The notes below the pieces were generated by a model. It did no database searches, was not told the origin of the DNA, and saw only the letters and a program-made list of their open reading frames with translations. This document shows positions 10,093 through 19,663 of a stretch of DNA of 64,000 bases, in pieces (positions within the stretch are counted from its first letter, which is position 1; every line of letters starts with the position of its first letter). The DNA is taken from assembly GCA_938045545.1 (NCBI GenBank), contig CALIBN010000006.1, positions 32,001 to 96,000 of the forward strand. Direction: 5' to 3'. Source of the DNA: an uncultured archaeon (GTDB taxonomy: Archaea > Thermoproteota > EX4484-205 > JAAOZP01). A program made the position numbers and the translations under genes.

Positions 10093-11103
10093 GTGATCGA
10101 CTGCCACATGCATGTAACAAGCATCCAGGAGACCAGTAACGTTCTCCAAATAGTTTCCGAGGCGGGTTTCCACAGAACATCCCTCTTAAGCATTATAGAT
10201 GATAAGAGGGTTAATTTTAACCCTGAAGTATTGTTTCTAAAGGCTTTACACCCGGAAATGTTCTACGCTTTCGGAAGCCTTGACTACTCTTTCGTTTTCA
10301 CAGGCAGCCAGCCTCAACCGCTTCGCGACCAGGTGGACAGGCTTCTAAACATCGGGTTTGACGGGGTTAAAATGGTTGAGGGGAAACCTGTTTGCAGGAA
10401 AATTTTGAAAATCAGGTTTGACGACCCTTTCTACGAGGATTATTTTGCACGCCTCGAAGAGACTGGGCTTCCCCTGCTTTTTCACGTCGCCGACCCCGAG
10501 GAATTCTGGGATCCCGTGAAAGTTCCGGTTTGGGCTAAGGAGCAAGGCTGGTTTTACGACCAGACTTATCCTCCGAAACAACAGTTCTACGAAGAGGTTG
10601 ACACCGTCTTAGAGAAGCATCCCGGTTTAAAAGTCGTATTCGCGCATTTCTATTTTCTTTCTGCAGACATAGCGGCAGCCTCAAGCTTCCTAGAGAAATA
10701 TAAGAATGTTCATTTCGACCTGACTCCGGGAATAGAGATGTATCATAATTTTTCGATGAAAAGAGAGGCTTGGCGGGGATTCTTCGTAAAATACGAGGAT
10801 AGGATTCTTTTCGGCACTGATATTTTCGGCGGCGAGAGGGTTGAAAGCGCTTTAGCTAAGGTTCAGCTGGTCAGGGGGTTTCTGGAAACCGATGAAGGGT
10901 TAAATCTGCCGAGGCATACTTTGGAGAAAGTATATTGTTCGAATTTCCAGAGAATCGTAGGCCCCAGGCCGAGAAAGCTCGATTTCGACCTTGCTGTAGA
11001 AGAGTGTGGAAGACTAGCTAGGGAGGAAGCACTTCTAAGCTCGCGGCCTCTGGAAGAAACCGTTGCTTGGACTGTTGCCGGAAAAATAAGGAGCCTAGCC
11101 TGA
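10093..11103 (+). CDS. Amidohydrolase (Amidohydro_2) family metallohydrolase
   Basis: IDCHMH, PLLFHVAD, VVFAHF, RILFGTD. Confidence 0.85.
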   Translation: MIDCHMHVTSIQETSNVLQIVSEAGFHRTSLLSIIDDKRVNFNPEVLFLKALHPEMFYAFGSLDYSFVFTGSQPQPLRDQVDRLLNIGFDGVKMVEGKPVCRKILKIRFDDPFYEDYFARLEETGLPLLFHVADPEEFWDPVKVPVWAKEQGWFYDQTYPPKQQFYEEVDTVLEKHPGLKVVFAHFYFLSADIAAASSFLEKYKNVHFDLTPGIEMYHNFSMKREAWRGFFVKYEDRILFGTDIFGGERVESALAKVQLVRGFLETDEGLNLPRHTLEKVYCSNFQRIVGPRPRKLDFDLAVEECGRLAREEALLSSRPLEETVAWTVAGKIRSLA

Positions 11104-11260
11104 TCTCAACAATCTCTTCCAACGATTCAGCGGGAACCCGCATAATAGATTTTCAAGGCCATTGAATGTGCTGCGGACAACAGCAAACAGTATGCTGAAC
11201 CCTAGCATAGTGTTTTCCTCAGTCAAGGTTAATATTCCGGTGTAGTGTCTAATCTACGGG

Positions 11261-12118
11261 TTGGAGAAGCCTCGCGTAAGGCAAGTATCAGCCTTAATTC
11301 CGAGTTTTCTAGCATGCAAAATCGCCGGGCAACTAACGGCTAAACCGGGTTTCGAGCAGGCGCCAGTAACCAGCAAGTATGAAGCAATAAGAGGAAGGTT
11401 AAGAGGTAAGACTGTGATAATATACCGTTCCGGCAGTATTGTCTACGACGAGGCTCTTAAAGAAGTCAGAAGCATGCTTGAGGAGGCCCTTTACGACTAC
11501 TATAAGGCTGCCGGCATCCTCATTGGATCGGATGAGGCGGGTAAAGGAGAGGCCCTCGGGCCCCTTGTTATTGCCGCAGTTGCGTTAACACCAAGGCAGG
11601 CAGCGTATCTCCAATCAATAGGTGTTGCAGACAGTAAGATTATTCCTGAGAACAGGATTCTGGAACTTGCAAAAAGTATTAAACGGTTTTCACTCGGCTA
11701 TAGCATTTTGAGAATTCCTCCGTTTAAGCTTAACGAAATGTTTAGGGCAAAGGAGAAGCACGGTAACTTGAACGATATACTTGCAAAAGCACACTGTAAA
11801 GTTTTAAAGTCTGTTCTTTCAAAGATCTCTGAGAAGCCTTCTCAAATAATAATTGACAAATTTGATTCCAGTAAAACTAATAGGCGGACAAAGATTATTG
11901 AGAACGCTCTCAACGGTTTAAGGGTCCAGGCGATTGAAAAAGGAGAGGTTTTCCCAGCGGTGGCAGCGGCAAGCATACTGGCTAGGAGCAGCTACTTAAA
12001 ATGGATAAGTAGAAAACTCGATGTGGAGACGCTGAGAAGAGTTAAGGAGGGAGAGTATAGTGCTGTCGGAGCTAAGGAAAGCCTTCCACAATATTTCAAG
12101 ATGTGCTATTTAAAGTGA
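11261..12118 (+). CDS. rnhC: Ribonuclease HIII (TBP-like N-terminal domain plus type 2 RNase H domain)
   Basis: N-terminal YEAIRG...TVIIYRSGSIV (TBP-like); IGSDEAGKGEALGPLVIAAV, GVADSK, IIIDKF, KGE..PAVAAASILAR. Confidence 0.75.
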   Translation: MEKPRVRQVSALIPSFLACKIAGQLTAKPGFEQAPVTSKYEAIRGRLRGKTVIIYRSGSIVYDEALKEVRSMLEEALYDYYKAAGILIGSDEAGKGEALGPLVIAAVALTPRQAAYLQSIGVADSKIIPENRILELAKSIKRFSLGYSILRIPPFKLNEMFRAKEKHGNLNDILAKAHCKVLKSVLSKISEKPSQIIIDKFDSSKTNRRTKIIENALNGLRVQAIEKGEVFPAVAAASILARSSYLKWISRKLDVETLRRVKEGEYSAVGAKESLPQYFKMCYLK

Positions 12119-12181
12119 ACCATACTGTAATATAGCTGTTATTCGAGGCGCTAGACAGGGAAAGCTTTAAAATCCGTCCTG

Positions 12182-12904
12182 ATGCTTAAGGTAATTGTGC
12201 TGACGAAACTGCTCTATATGGATGACTCGTACCTGAGGGAGTTTGATGCTAGGGTTGTTGAAATCTCGGGGGACAACGTGATACTTGAGAGAACAGCATT
12301 CCATCCTAGGGGAGGAGGTCTTCCAGATGATACGGGTGTTTTTCTAAAAGAAGGGAGGGCAACTAAGGTTGTTCAAGTTTTAAGTGAAGATGGAAAAGTC
12401 CTGCACTCGGCACCGGGCCATGGGTTTAGTGTCGGAGATTCTGTGAAGGGCATCCTAGACTGGGAGAGGAGGTATTTAATCATGAGAATGCATACCGGCA
12501 TCCACGCTTTGGCCTCGGTTTTTAACAAACGAACAGGGGCTTTAATAACTGGAAACCAGGTTAACGTGGATAAGTCTAGGCTTGATCTGAATCTTGAGAA
12601 GATGGATAGGGCTTTGATAGATGATGTTTTCAACGAGACCAACAGGGAGCTTGCCTCAGGAAGAAACGTTAAGATATATTATCTTCCTAGGGAGGAGGCT
12701 CTTAAAATACCGGGGATAGTTAAGCTTGCTGAGGCGGCACCACCTAACGTTGAGAAACTCAGAATAGTTGAGATTGAAAACCTAGATGTTCAGGCTGACG
12801 GTGGGCCTCACGTGGCCAACACGAGAGAAGTTGGAGAACTGATTCTCTTGAAAATAGAGAATAAAGGGAAGAACAATAGAAGGGTCTACTTCACCTTAAG
12901 ATGA
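12182..12904 (+). CDS. alaX: Alanyl-tRNA editing protein AlaX-M
   Basis: LYMDDSYLREF, FHPRGGG..DTG, MRMHTGIH, QADGGPHVANTREVG. Confidence 0.9.
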   Translation: MLKVIVLTKLLYMDDSYLREFDARVVEISGDNVILERTAFHPRGGGLPDDTGVFLKEGRATKVVQVLSEDGKVLHSAPGHGFSVGDSVKGILDWERRYLIMRMHTGIHALASVFNKRTGALITGNQVNVDKSRLDLNLEKMDRALIDDVFNETNRELASGRNVKIYYLPREEALKIPGIVKLAEAAPPNVEKLRIVEIENLDVQADGGPHVANTREVGELILLKIENKGKNNRRVYFTLR

Positions 12905-13139
12905 TTTTAGAGGAAAAAAGAAAAGAGGACGGAAGCTCTTCTCCGACTTCTGCATAGAAGTCAATCCGGTCCGGTTTTTGTCCATTTGCCTCAATTTGCC
13001 CATTGGATTCTCTCTTTTTTATTTCCATCTTTGCATCGAAAGGAAGAGAGCTCGCTATTTTTTATTTTTTCCTTCAGAGGTTTTTTATCTAGAAGTATGT
13101 ATGGCTTTTTCTCTCGAGTAAAATATTTATAACAATGCG

Positions 13140-13619
13140 CCCTCCCTCAGCATCGTGGAGATGCCCACCCTGTATGCCCTCTGCGGTGTCGCAACGAGCA
13201 TTGGTGCTCCCATGGCCGGTTTACTAGTCGACAGATACGGGGGACCTACTCTCACTCATCATCAGGGATGCTCCATCCCTTCCACTCCTCCTTACCTTCG
13301 CGCTAGCTCCGCTACCCATGGCTGCGGCATCGCTAGCATTTCTGGCCTTCCTTGCACAGTTGAGCAGAGGATCGAGTCGATACTTGGTGGAGAAGACGAA
13401 GCAAGAGCACAGGGGTCTAGTAATGGGGTTCATGAATGCCGTGGGGAAGTGTCGGCGATACCAGGCCCCCTACCTGGAACTCTCCTCTGGAAAATCTCCC
13501 CTCGTATCGTCTTCGTGATTCCCGCTGCAGCAATACCAGTGGGCATTGCAATGCTCCTTGCAACGCTTAAGATCGACAAAAAGCCTAAACTTCCAGCCGA
13601 AGAATTGCAGCACTGTTGA
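13140..13619 (+). pseudogene. Degraded C-terminal half of an MFS transporter
   Basis: Fragments in alternating frames: AGLLVDRYG, EHRGLVMGFMNAV, PGPL.GTLLWKISPRIVF; no N-terminal half. Confidence 0.6.
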
Positions 13620-13729
13620 CAAATGTTTATTATTTCGCAAGTGATCCTATGGTCAGGTTGAGGGAAGCAGGTGCACTGAAGGAAGAACAATAGGAAAGTT
13701 TACTCATCCAAAGTGGAGTTGGTTCCGAA

Positions 13730-14089
13730 TTACAATGCGAGCAAAGCCTCGCTTTTTCTAAGCTGCTGCGTTACTGGGTCGACTTCGAGCCCCAAGCTTT
13801 CTAACCCATGTAAACCTAAGACGTTTCCATCTTTCTCTTCCGCAAAGACTACTAGGGTAGGTGCCTCCTCCCCCTCGTATTCTATAAGTATGTGTCCGAC
13901 CTCTCTTTCTACTACATCGCCTCTTATGGTTTTGAACCTCATCCTTCTAACCGGTTTTACACCCAACTCTTCCAATGTTTTTCTTGAAACCCAGGAGTAA
14001 GTGGCTCCTGTATCTACAAGTAGCCTTAATTCTTCCCGCTTTGTTCCGGCTATTGCCCGCACTTTGACAAGTACGTATGTTTCTCCCAA
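13730..14089 (-). CDS. Retropepsin-like (clan AA) aspartic protease
   Basis: LLVDTGATYSW and VLGLHGLESLGLEVDP. Confidence 0.85.
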   Translation of the reverse strand: MGETYVLVKVRAIAGTKREELRLLVDTGATYSWVSRKTLEELGVKPVRRMRFKTIRGDVVEREVGHILIEYEGEEAPTLVVFAEEKDGNVLGLHGLESLGLEVDPVTQQLRKSEALLAL

Positions 14090-14255
14090 AGCCCGATATT
14101 CTCAAGCGGCGCTTCATTTATAAACTATTCTACTATTCTGGCAGATAATAAATCAAGACGATACTAAGCGGGGGAAGTGTGCATAAACTGTCCGTGTATT
14201 CACCCGGTATTTTTAACTAAATGCTTTTAACCGGGCATCTTTATGCTGCACATAA

Positions 14256-15461
14256 TTGCCTGAGGAAAACCGGATCGGTTTAAGAAGAAGCGTGTATGAG
14301 GCGATTCTTCTCTTCGGCATAGTGAGCCTGATGGGAGACGTGATATACGAGGGTTCGAGAGGAGTAGTGCCAGATTACCTTAAGTTTCTCGGTGCTTCCG
14401 CAGTGGTGGTTGGACTGGTAAGCGGCTTTGGAGAGTTCCTGGGCTACGCGGTGAGAATCCTAAGCGGGTACCTTGCTGACTTAACCAAGTCATACTGGCT
14501 GTTTACATTCATAGGTTACGGGCTTATCGTAGCAGTTCCCCTTCTATTTTTAAGCAATATGTGGACCGTTGCGATCATTCTCATCATTCTTGAAAGAATT
14601 GGGAAAGCCATTAGGACGCCGGCGCGAGACACGTTGCTCTCAATAATCGGCAGAGGGTCTGAAACCGGTAAGGTCTTCGGGCTCCACGAGTTTTTCGACC
14701 AGATTGGAGCCATCATAGGCCCGATGCTAATGTCGATAGCGATGCTTTATACTTACAACAATTATCAACTATCCTTTAGTCTCATGTTCATCCCCTATAT
14801 CATATTAATACTAGCCTTATTCTATGCTTTCATAAGGATTGGAAGAACTATAAGCATTGAGAAAACACCAAGAGGTGGAATAAAGGGGAAGCTGGACACT
14901 AGGTTTAAAACTTATGTCGCCGCTGTTTTCTTCAACACGTTCGGACTGATTCCTGCCAGCCTCATACTTTACAAAGCATCCACACTGCTCAGCGCCACGG
15001 GCCAGCAATGGATTGTCCCAATCCTCTATCTTGTGATTCAAGCGGTCGACGCGCCCATCGCGATAGTGTCCGGTTACTTTTACGATAAACATGGTTTAAA
15101 AATTCTGTCACTACCATTCCTCCTATCAATAGCTCCATCGCTAATAGCTTCGCTTCAGCCGAGCCTACTCTCTCTAACAATTGCTTCAATATGTTTTGGA
15201 ATGGTTCTGGGCATGCAGGAGTCGATTTACCGTGCAGCCGTGTCAGACTTGGTGGAGGTTAACATCAGGGGTTCTGCATACGGAGTTTTTAACACTGCTT
15301 ATGGATTGGGGATGCTTCTGGGAGGATTAGCCTACGGGTTTTTCACTGATACTGGTTTTGCAATAACTGTTGTAGCTTTTTACTCCATAAGCCTACAGCT
15401 TGTTGCAATACTACTCCTTAGAAAAACCTTTAGCAAGGCAGGTCCACAGAAGGTTTTATAA
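14256..15461 (+). CDS. MFS transporter
   Basis: SGYLAD, ERIGKAIRTPARD, FGLHEFFDQIGA; about 12 TM segments. Confidence 0.85.
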   Translation: MPEENRIGLRRSVYEAILLFGIVSLMGDVIYEGSRGVVPDYLKFLGASAVVVGLVSGFGEFLGYAVRILSGYLADLTKSYWLFTFIGYGLIVAVPLLFLSNMWTVAIILIILERIGKAIRTPARDTLLSIIGRGSETGKVFGLHEFFDQIGAIIGPMLMSIAMLYTYNNYQLSFSLMFIPYIILILALFYAFIRIGRTISIEKTPRGGIKGKLDTRFKTYVAAVFFNTFGLIPASLILYKASTLLSATGQQWIVPILYLVIQAVDAPIAIVSGYFYDKHGLKILSLPFLLSIAPSLIASLQPSLLSLTIASICFGMVLGMQESIYRAAVSDLVEVNIRGSAYGVFNTAYGLGMLLGGLAYGFFTDTGFAITVVAFYSISLQLVAILLLRKTFSKAGPQKVL

Positions 15462-15493
15462 AGATATTTGGAGACAATATGTTTTGAAGAACC

Positions 15494-15958
15494 ATGAGTA
15501 GGACGGTTCAAGGGTTCAGAAGGGTGACGCAGATAGGGATTGTCGTGAGGAACATTGAGAAAAGCGTTGAAACATGGGGGAAACTCCTAGGCGTAAAGGC
15601 TTCTGGGATAGTGGAGACCGGGCCCTTGGAGGAAACAGGCATGAAGTATAAGGGTAGGGCTGCGGAGGGAAGGGCTAAACTAGCGTTCCTACAGCTTGAG
15701 AACATAACTATTGAGCTGATAGAGCCCGTGGGTGGACCCAGCACCTGGAGAGACTTTTTAGAGAAGCATGGGGAGGGTGTGCACCACATAGCGTTCAACG
15801 TTGAGAACATGGAGCATGCCGAGAATAGCCTTAGAGAGATCGGTGTTGAAATAGATCAGGAGGGGTTTTTCACAGGAGGAGCCTATGCCTACACGAATCC
15901 TGAAAGCCCCCTGGGAATCATAATAGAGCTCCTAGCGCATAACTCCCGACTCCGATAA
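15494..15958 (+). CDS. VOC/glyoxalase family protein (methylmalonyl-CoA epimerase-like)
   Basis: QIGIVVRNIE, IELIEP, GEGVHHIAF, IIIELL. Confidence 0.85.
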   Translation: MSRTVQGFRRVTQIGIVVRNIEKSVETWGKLLGVKASGIVETGPLEETGMKYKGRAAEGRAKLAFLQLENITIELIEPVGGPSTWRDFLEKHGEGVHHIAFNVENMEHAENSLREIGVEIDQEGFFTGGAYAYTNPESPLGIIIELLAHNSRLR

Positions 15959-16081
15959 TCCGCACCCATAGTAATCCTTAACCCAGTTTTTCCCACCCCT
16001 ATGTGTCGAGTCTTGAAGCATGAGGCAGAAACTGCCCCTCAGCGACAAAGTTAAAATCTCTCGGCTGCTTAATTATTCGGG

Positions 16082-18424
16082 TTGAGAGTGAAGCTTTGGC
16101 TTCTAGATTTGAACCAGGAGTTCCTCTCAGGTAAAGATGCTGTTTTCCTATGGGGTATCTCTAATGCTGGAAAAAGAGTGCTGCTGGTAGATGATAGTGT
16201 TGAAAGCTTTTTCTTCCTGAAGCCTTTAAACGGTGTTGACGCTGATGAAGCGGTTAGAGCGGCTTTTCCGGAGGGTAGGAGGTATGGCGTCACCAGGATG
16301 GAGGTGTGCGACAAGCTGGTTCTCGGAAAACCCGTTAGGGTTGTTAAAGTATGCGTCGACAGGTCTGACAATGTTGAGAAAGCAGCCGGGAGGCTTGAAA
16401 AGCTTAAGCTGTTCGAGAAGGCTTTCGAAAGTGACCTTAGGCTTTCGACAAGGTATTTGCTTGAGAAAAACCTTACTCCATCCTCTTGGTTTGAGGCAGA
16501 GGTTGAGATAAACCCTTTTCTACCTTCCATTCCTAACGTAGAAGCCTTCAAGGTTAACGCGGTCAGACCATTAGAGGAGGAGAAACCCCCGGAGCTCCGA
16601 GTAATGGCTGTGCATCTTCTCAAAGTGGGTGGAAAAGGCTCTCCTAAGCCGGAGTACGATCCTATTGTTGCAATATCCACTTACGATGGGAAGGAGCTGA
16701 AACAGTTTAGGTTTGACGGTGAAACAGACAGGTTTTTAATAGAAGGCTTTCTGGATCAAGTGAAAAAGTTTGATCCAGATGTTATAGTGGGGTATGGAAT
16801 AACTGAGGACTGGAGTTATCTGGCGGAGAGATGCAAGAGGGTTGACGTTCAGCTGGAGGTTGGACGGAACTACGCTAAGCCGCATACGAGTGTTTTCGGG
16901 CATGTTTCAGTAACCGGCAGGATTAGCATCGATCTTTTCCATAATGCTCGAGAAAACCCTCAGTTGACTGAATATACGTTGGACGAGTATGCTGAATCCC
17001 TCGGCTTTAGAGTTGGCCAAAGGATTCCTGAGCATAAATACTCCGAGTATTTGTCAAGCTCTTCAGAGGCGGAGAAGCTTTTCAAACAATCAGAGGAGTA
17101 TGCGAGGCTGTTGCACAGGATTTGGATGATGCTCGGCGATTTCGCAATACAGCTTTCCCAGATCACCGGGCTGCCTATGGACCATGTTTTCACAGCCTCC
17201 TCGGGGCATAGGGCTGAGGCATACTTGATCAGGGAGGCCTATTCTTTGGGAGAGTTAATACCCCCAAGGGTTGAAAAACCATATGTTCCTTACGCAGGCG
17301 GCCTGGTTCTACAGCCGCAGGAAGGCGTTTATGAAAACGTCAGCGTGATCGATTTCTCATCGATGTATCCAAACATTATGCTGAAATACAATGTTTCTCC
17401 AGACACATATGTCCCTGAAGGCGAGGAATGCAAGGATTGTTACGTCTCGCCTGAGTCGAAACACAGGTTTAGGAAAGACTATAGAGGAGTCTACACTAGA
17501 ATGCTTCAGAAGCTTCTGGAGGCTCGGAGGAGTGTGAGAAAGAGGCTTGAAAGCGTGGAGGAGGGGAGTGTTGAACACAGGATTCTCGACGCTAGGCAGA
17601 AAGCCCTCAAGATTCTTGCGAACACGCTTTACGGTTACGCCGGCTGGATTGGTGCACGCTGGTATCTGAGGCAGGTTGCTGAATCCGTTGCAGAATGGGG
17701 AAGATACATGATTACAATGGCTATTCAGAAAGCCGGGCAGATGGGGATGAAGATAGTCTATGGGGACACTGACAGCATCTTTGTTATGGACGGTGAGAAG
17801 CTTAAGGAGCTGGTAGGCTGGATTGAAAGTGAGCTTGAAATGGAGGCGCGTGTCGATAAGAAATACAGGAGAATACTTTTCACTGAGGCGAAGAAAAGGT
17901 ATGGCGGTCTTTTAGAGGATGGTGGTCTCGAGGTTGTAGGCTTAGAGGTTGTCAGGGGGGACTGGGCGGAAATCGCTAAGGAGACTCAGCTGGGGGTTTT
18001 GAAAACAATGCTTGAAACAATGGATGTCGGCAAGGCAGTATCCTACGTGAGAAACATTATAGCAGAAACCAGAAGCGGCAGGGTTGAGATGGAGAAGATG
18101 ATCATATGGAAGAGAATGACTAAGCCTCCGGAGGCCTATGAAGTCAGAGCACCGCACGTGTTGGCTGCTCTCGAGCTCTCTAAAAGAGGCTGGAGGATAG
18201 ATGTGGGTGACAAGGTTGGCTACGTTATTGTAAAGGGTTCTTCGAAAATAGGTGAGAGAGCCAAACCATGCCAGCTGGTTGAAAAGAGGGATGTTGACTA
18301 CGAGTATTATGTTAAGAACCAGATAGTTCCGGCAGCCATGAGAATACTTAAAGTGTTTGGAGTAGACGAGCAGAATCTACTGCATGAGTCTAAGAGGGGG
18401 CTCATGGCCTTTGGTGCAGATTAA
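16082..18424 (+). CDS. polB: Family B DNA polymerase (PolB3-like) with degenerate 3'-5' exonuclease motifs
   Basis: DFSSMYPNIM, RQKALKILANTLYGY, YGDTDS and KKRY are intact; ExoI reads AVHLL instead of AFDIE. Confidence 0.92.
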   Translation: MRVKLWLLDLNQEFLSGKDAVFLWGISNAGKRVLLVDDSVESFFFLKPLNGVDADEAVRAAFPEGRRYGVTRMEVCDKLVLGKPVRVVKVCVDRSDNVEKAAGRLEKLKLFEKAFESDLRLSTRYLLEKNLTPSSWFEAEVEINPFLPSIPNVEAFKVNAVRPLEEEKPPELRVMAVHLLKVGGKGSPKPEYDPIVAISTYDGKELKQFRFDGETDRFLIEGFLDQVKKFDPDVIVGYGITEDWSYLAERCKRVDVQLEVGRNYAKPHTSVFGHVSVTGRISIDLFHNARENPQLTEYTLDEYAESLGFRVGQRIPEHKYSEYLSSSSEAEKLFKQSEEYARLLHRIWMMLGDFAIQLSQITGLPMDHVFTASSGHRAEAYLIREAYSLGELIPPRVEKPYVPYAGGLVLQPQEGVYENVSVIDFSSMYPNIMLKYNVSPDTYVPEGEECKDCYVSPESKHRFRKDYRGVYTRMLQKLLEARRSVRKRLESVEEGSVEHRILDARQKALKILANTLYGYAGWIGARWYLRQVAESVAEWGRYMITMAIQKAGQMGMKIVYGDTDSIFVMDGEKLKELVGWIESELEMEARVDKKYRRILFTEAKKRYGGLLEDGGLEVVGLEVVRGDWAEIAKETQLGVLKTMLETMDVGKAVSYVRNIIAETRSGRVEMEKMIIWKRMTKPPEAYEVRAPHVLAALELSKRGWRIDVGDKVGYVIVKGSSKIGERAKPCQLVEKRDVDYEYYVKNQIVPAAMRILKVFGVDEQNLLHESKRGLMAFGAD

Positions 18425-18734
18425 ATCAAAAGCCCGTCTATCCCTATTAATTAATAACTGTTAAGTAAAAATAATAACCCGTTTAAACCCGCCGCGGCAC
18501 GCGCCGAATTGTTTAGTAGAGGAGATAGTTGCAATTTCTAAATGGTTATAAAAATGTTACCTTATGGAATTATGCTTTTTAGGAGGATAAATCGTTTCTC
18601 ACTGAACGAAGGCTAAAACTCTTGCAAGACAACGTCTAGTTAGGTTTTCAAAGAGATAGAGACAAACCATTCTTATTTTCCTGATCGAAACACATAAGAT
18701 TAATGAATCAAACCATCATCTTAGCAACAAGGGA

Positions 18735-19187
18735 ATGTTTGAGAAAGAGTACATAGTAAGGGAGGCTAAAGAAGAAGATTTAGAGACAATAGTGAGGCTT
18801 GAAAAAGCCTCCTTTCCTGAGTATCCTTACCCCTTTAAGGTTTTTGAAGAACTATTGATGCGCTGCCCGAAGTATTTTTTAATAGTAGAATACAAGGGGA
18901 GGATTTCAGGCTATGTTTGTGGAAGGCTTGTTGGAAAAAGCCTGGGGGTAGTCGTGTCTATAGCTGTTGAACCAGAGTTGAGGAGGAGGGGAATCGGCAG
19001 GATTTTGATGCTTGAGCTTGAATCAAGGTTTAGGGAAAACCATGTTAAAACTGTTCGTTTAGAGGTGGGTGTTGATAATGATGCAGCTATTCGGCTTTAC
19101 GAGTCTTTGGGCTATGAGACTGCCGGGTTGAGGAGGAAATACTATCCGGATGGAAGCGACGCATTGGTAATGGTTAAAAATTTATGA
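18735..19187 (+). CDS. rimI: RimI/Ard1-type protein N-acetyltransferase
   Basis: SIAVEPELRRRGIG, LEV..DN..AIRLYESLGY, YYPDGSDALVM. Confidence 0.85.
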   Translation: MFEKEYIVREAKEEDLETIVRLEKASFPEYPYPFKVFEELLMRCPKYFLIVEYKGRISGYVCGRLVGKSLGVVVSIAVEPELRRRGIGRILMLELESRFRENHVKTVRLEVGVDNDAAIRLYESLGYETAGLRRKYYPDGSDALVMVKNL

Positions 19188-19221
19188 TGAAAATACGAGT
19201 TTCACAATATCAGCTAAAATG

Positions 19222-19229
19222 TTTATAAT
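19222..19229 (+). promoter_or_regulatory. TATA box of the nikR-like gene
   Basis: TTTATAAT begins 30 bp upstream of ATG 19252. Confidence 0.5.
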
Positions 19230-19251
19230 ATTCGTCTGCGCGGGTTTAACT

Positions 19252-19650
19252 ATGAGGAGCAGGATTGTTAGGACATCGGTCTCTTTGCCTAGGGACCTGA
19301 TAAAAGAGCTGGATAGGTTTGTGGATTCGATTAAATCCGACAGGTCTAAGGTTGTTCAGCAGGCGATAAGGAATTTTCTGAGCATACCGCACAAAGAGGG
19401 TGATGTGGTTTCAGGTTCCCTGATGATAGTCTATAGCCATGATGAACGCGGTTTAGAGGAAGAGCTGACAGATATTCAACATAGGTTCGTCAACTTCATT
19501 ATTTCAAACATTCATATTCATTTAGATGAGCATAGATGCATGCTAACGATATTCGTAAAAGGAAGCTTTAAAGATGTTCAGAGCCTGATTAGAAGTATCA
19601 CAGGGAAGAAGGGCGTGTTAATGGTTAGAGAATCGCTGGTACGGATTTAA
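19252..19650 (+). CDS. nikR: NikR-family ribbon-helix-helix regulator
   Basis: RTSVSLP.DL..ELD...DRSK, IQH, IHIHLDEHRC; start moved to ATG 19252. Confidence 0.85.
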   Translation: MRSRIVRTSVSLPRDLIKELDRFVDSIKSDRSKVVQQAIRNFLSIPHKEGDVVSGSLMIVYSHDERGLEEELTDIQHRFVNFIISNIHIHLDEHRCMLTIFVKGSFKDVQSLIRSITGKKGVLMVRESLVRI

Positions 19651-19663
19651 AAACGCTTTGAAA

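Noticed and set aside
13730-14089. Retropepsin as a sign of a retroelement
   Set aside because: Stand-alone clan AA proteases are common in archaea, and there is no reverse transcriptase or integrase nearby.
4118-18424. AEP, RNase HIII and PolB as one mobile replication module
   Set aside because: They are separated by unrelated housekeeping genes, with no element boundaries or shared operon.
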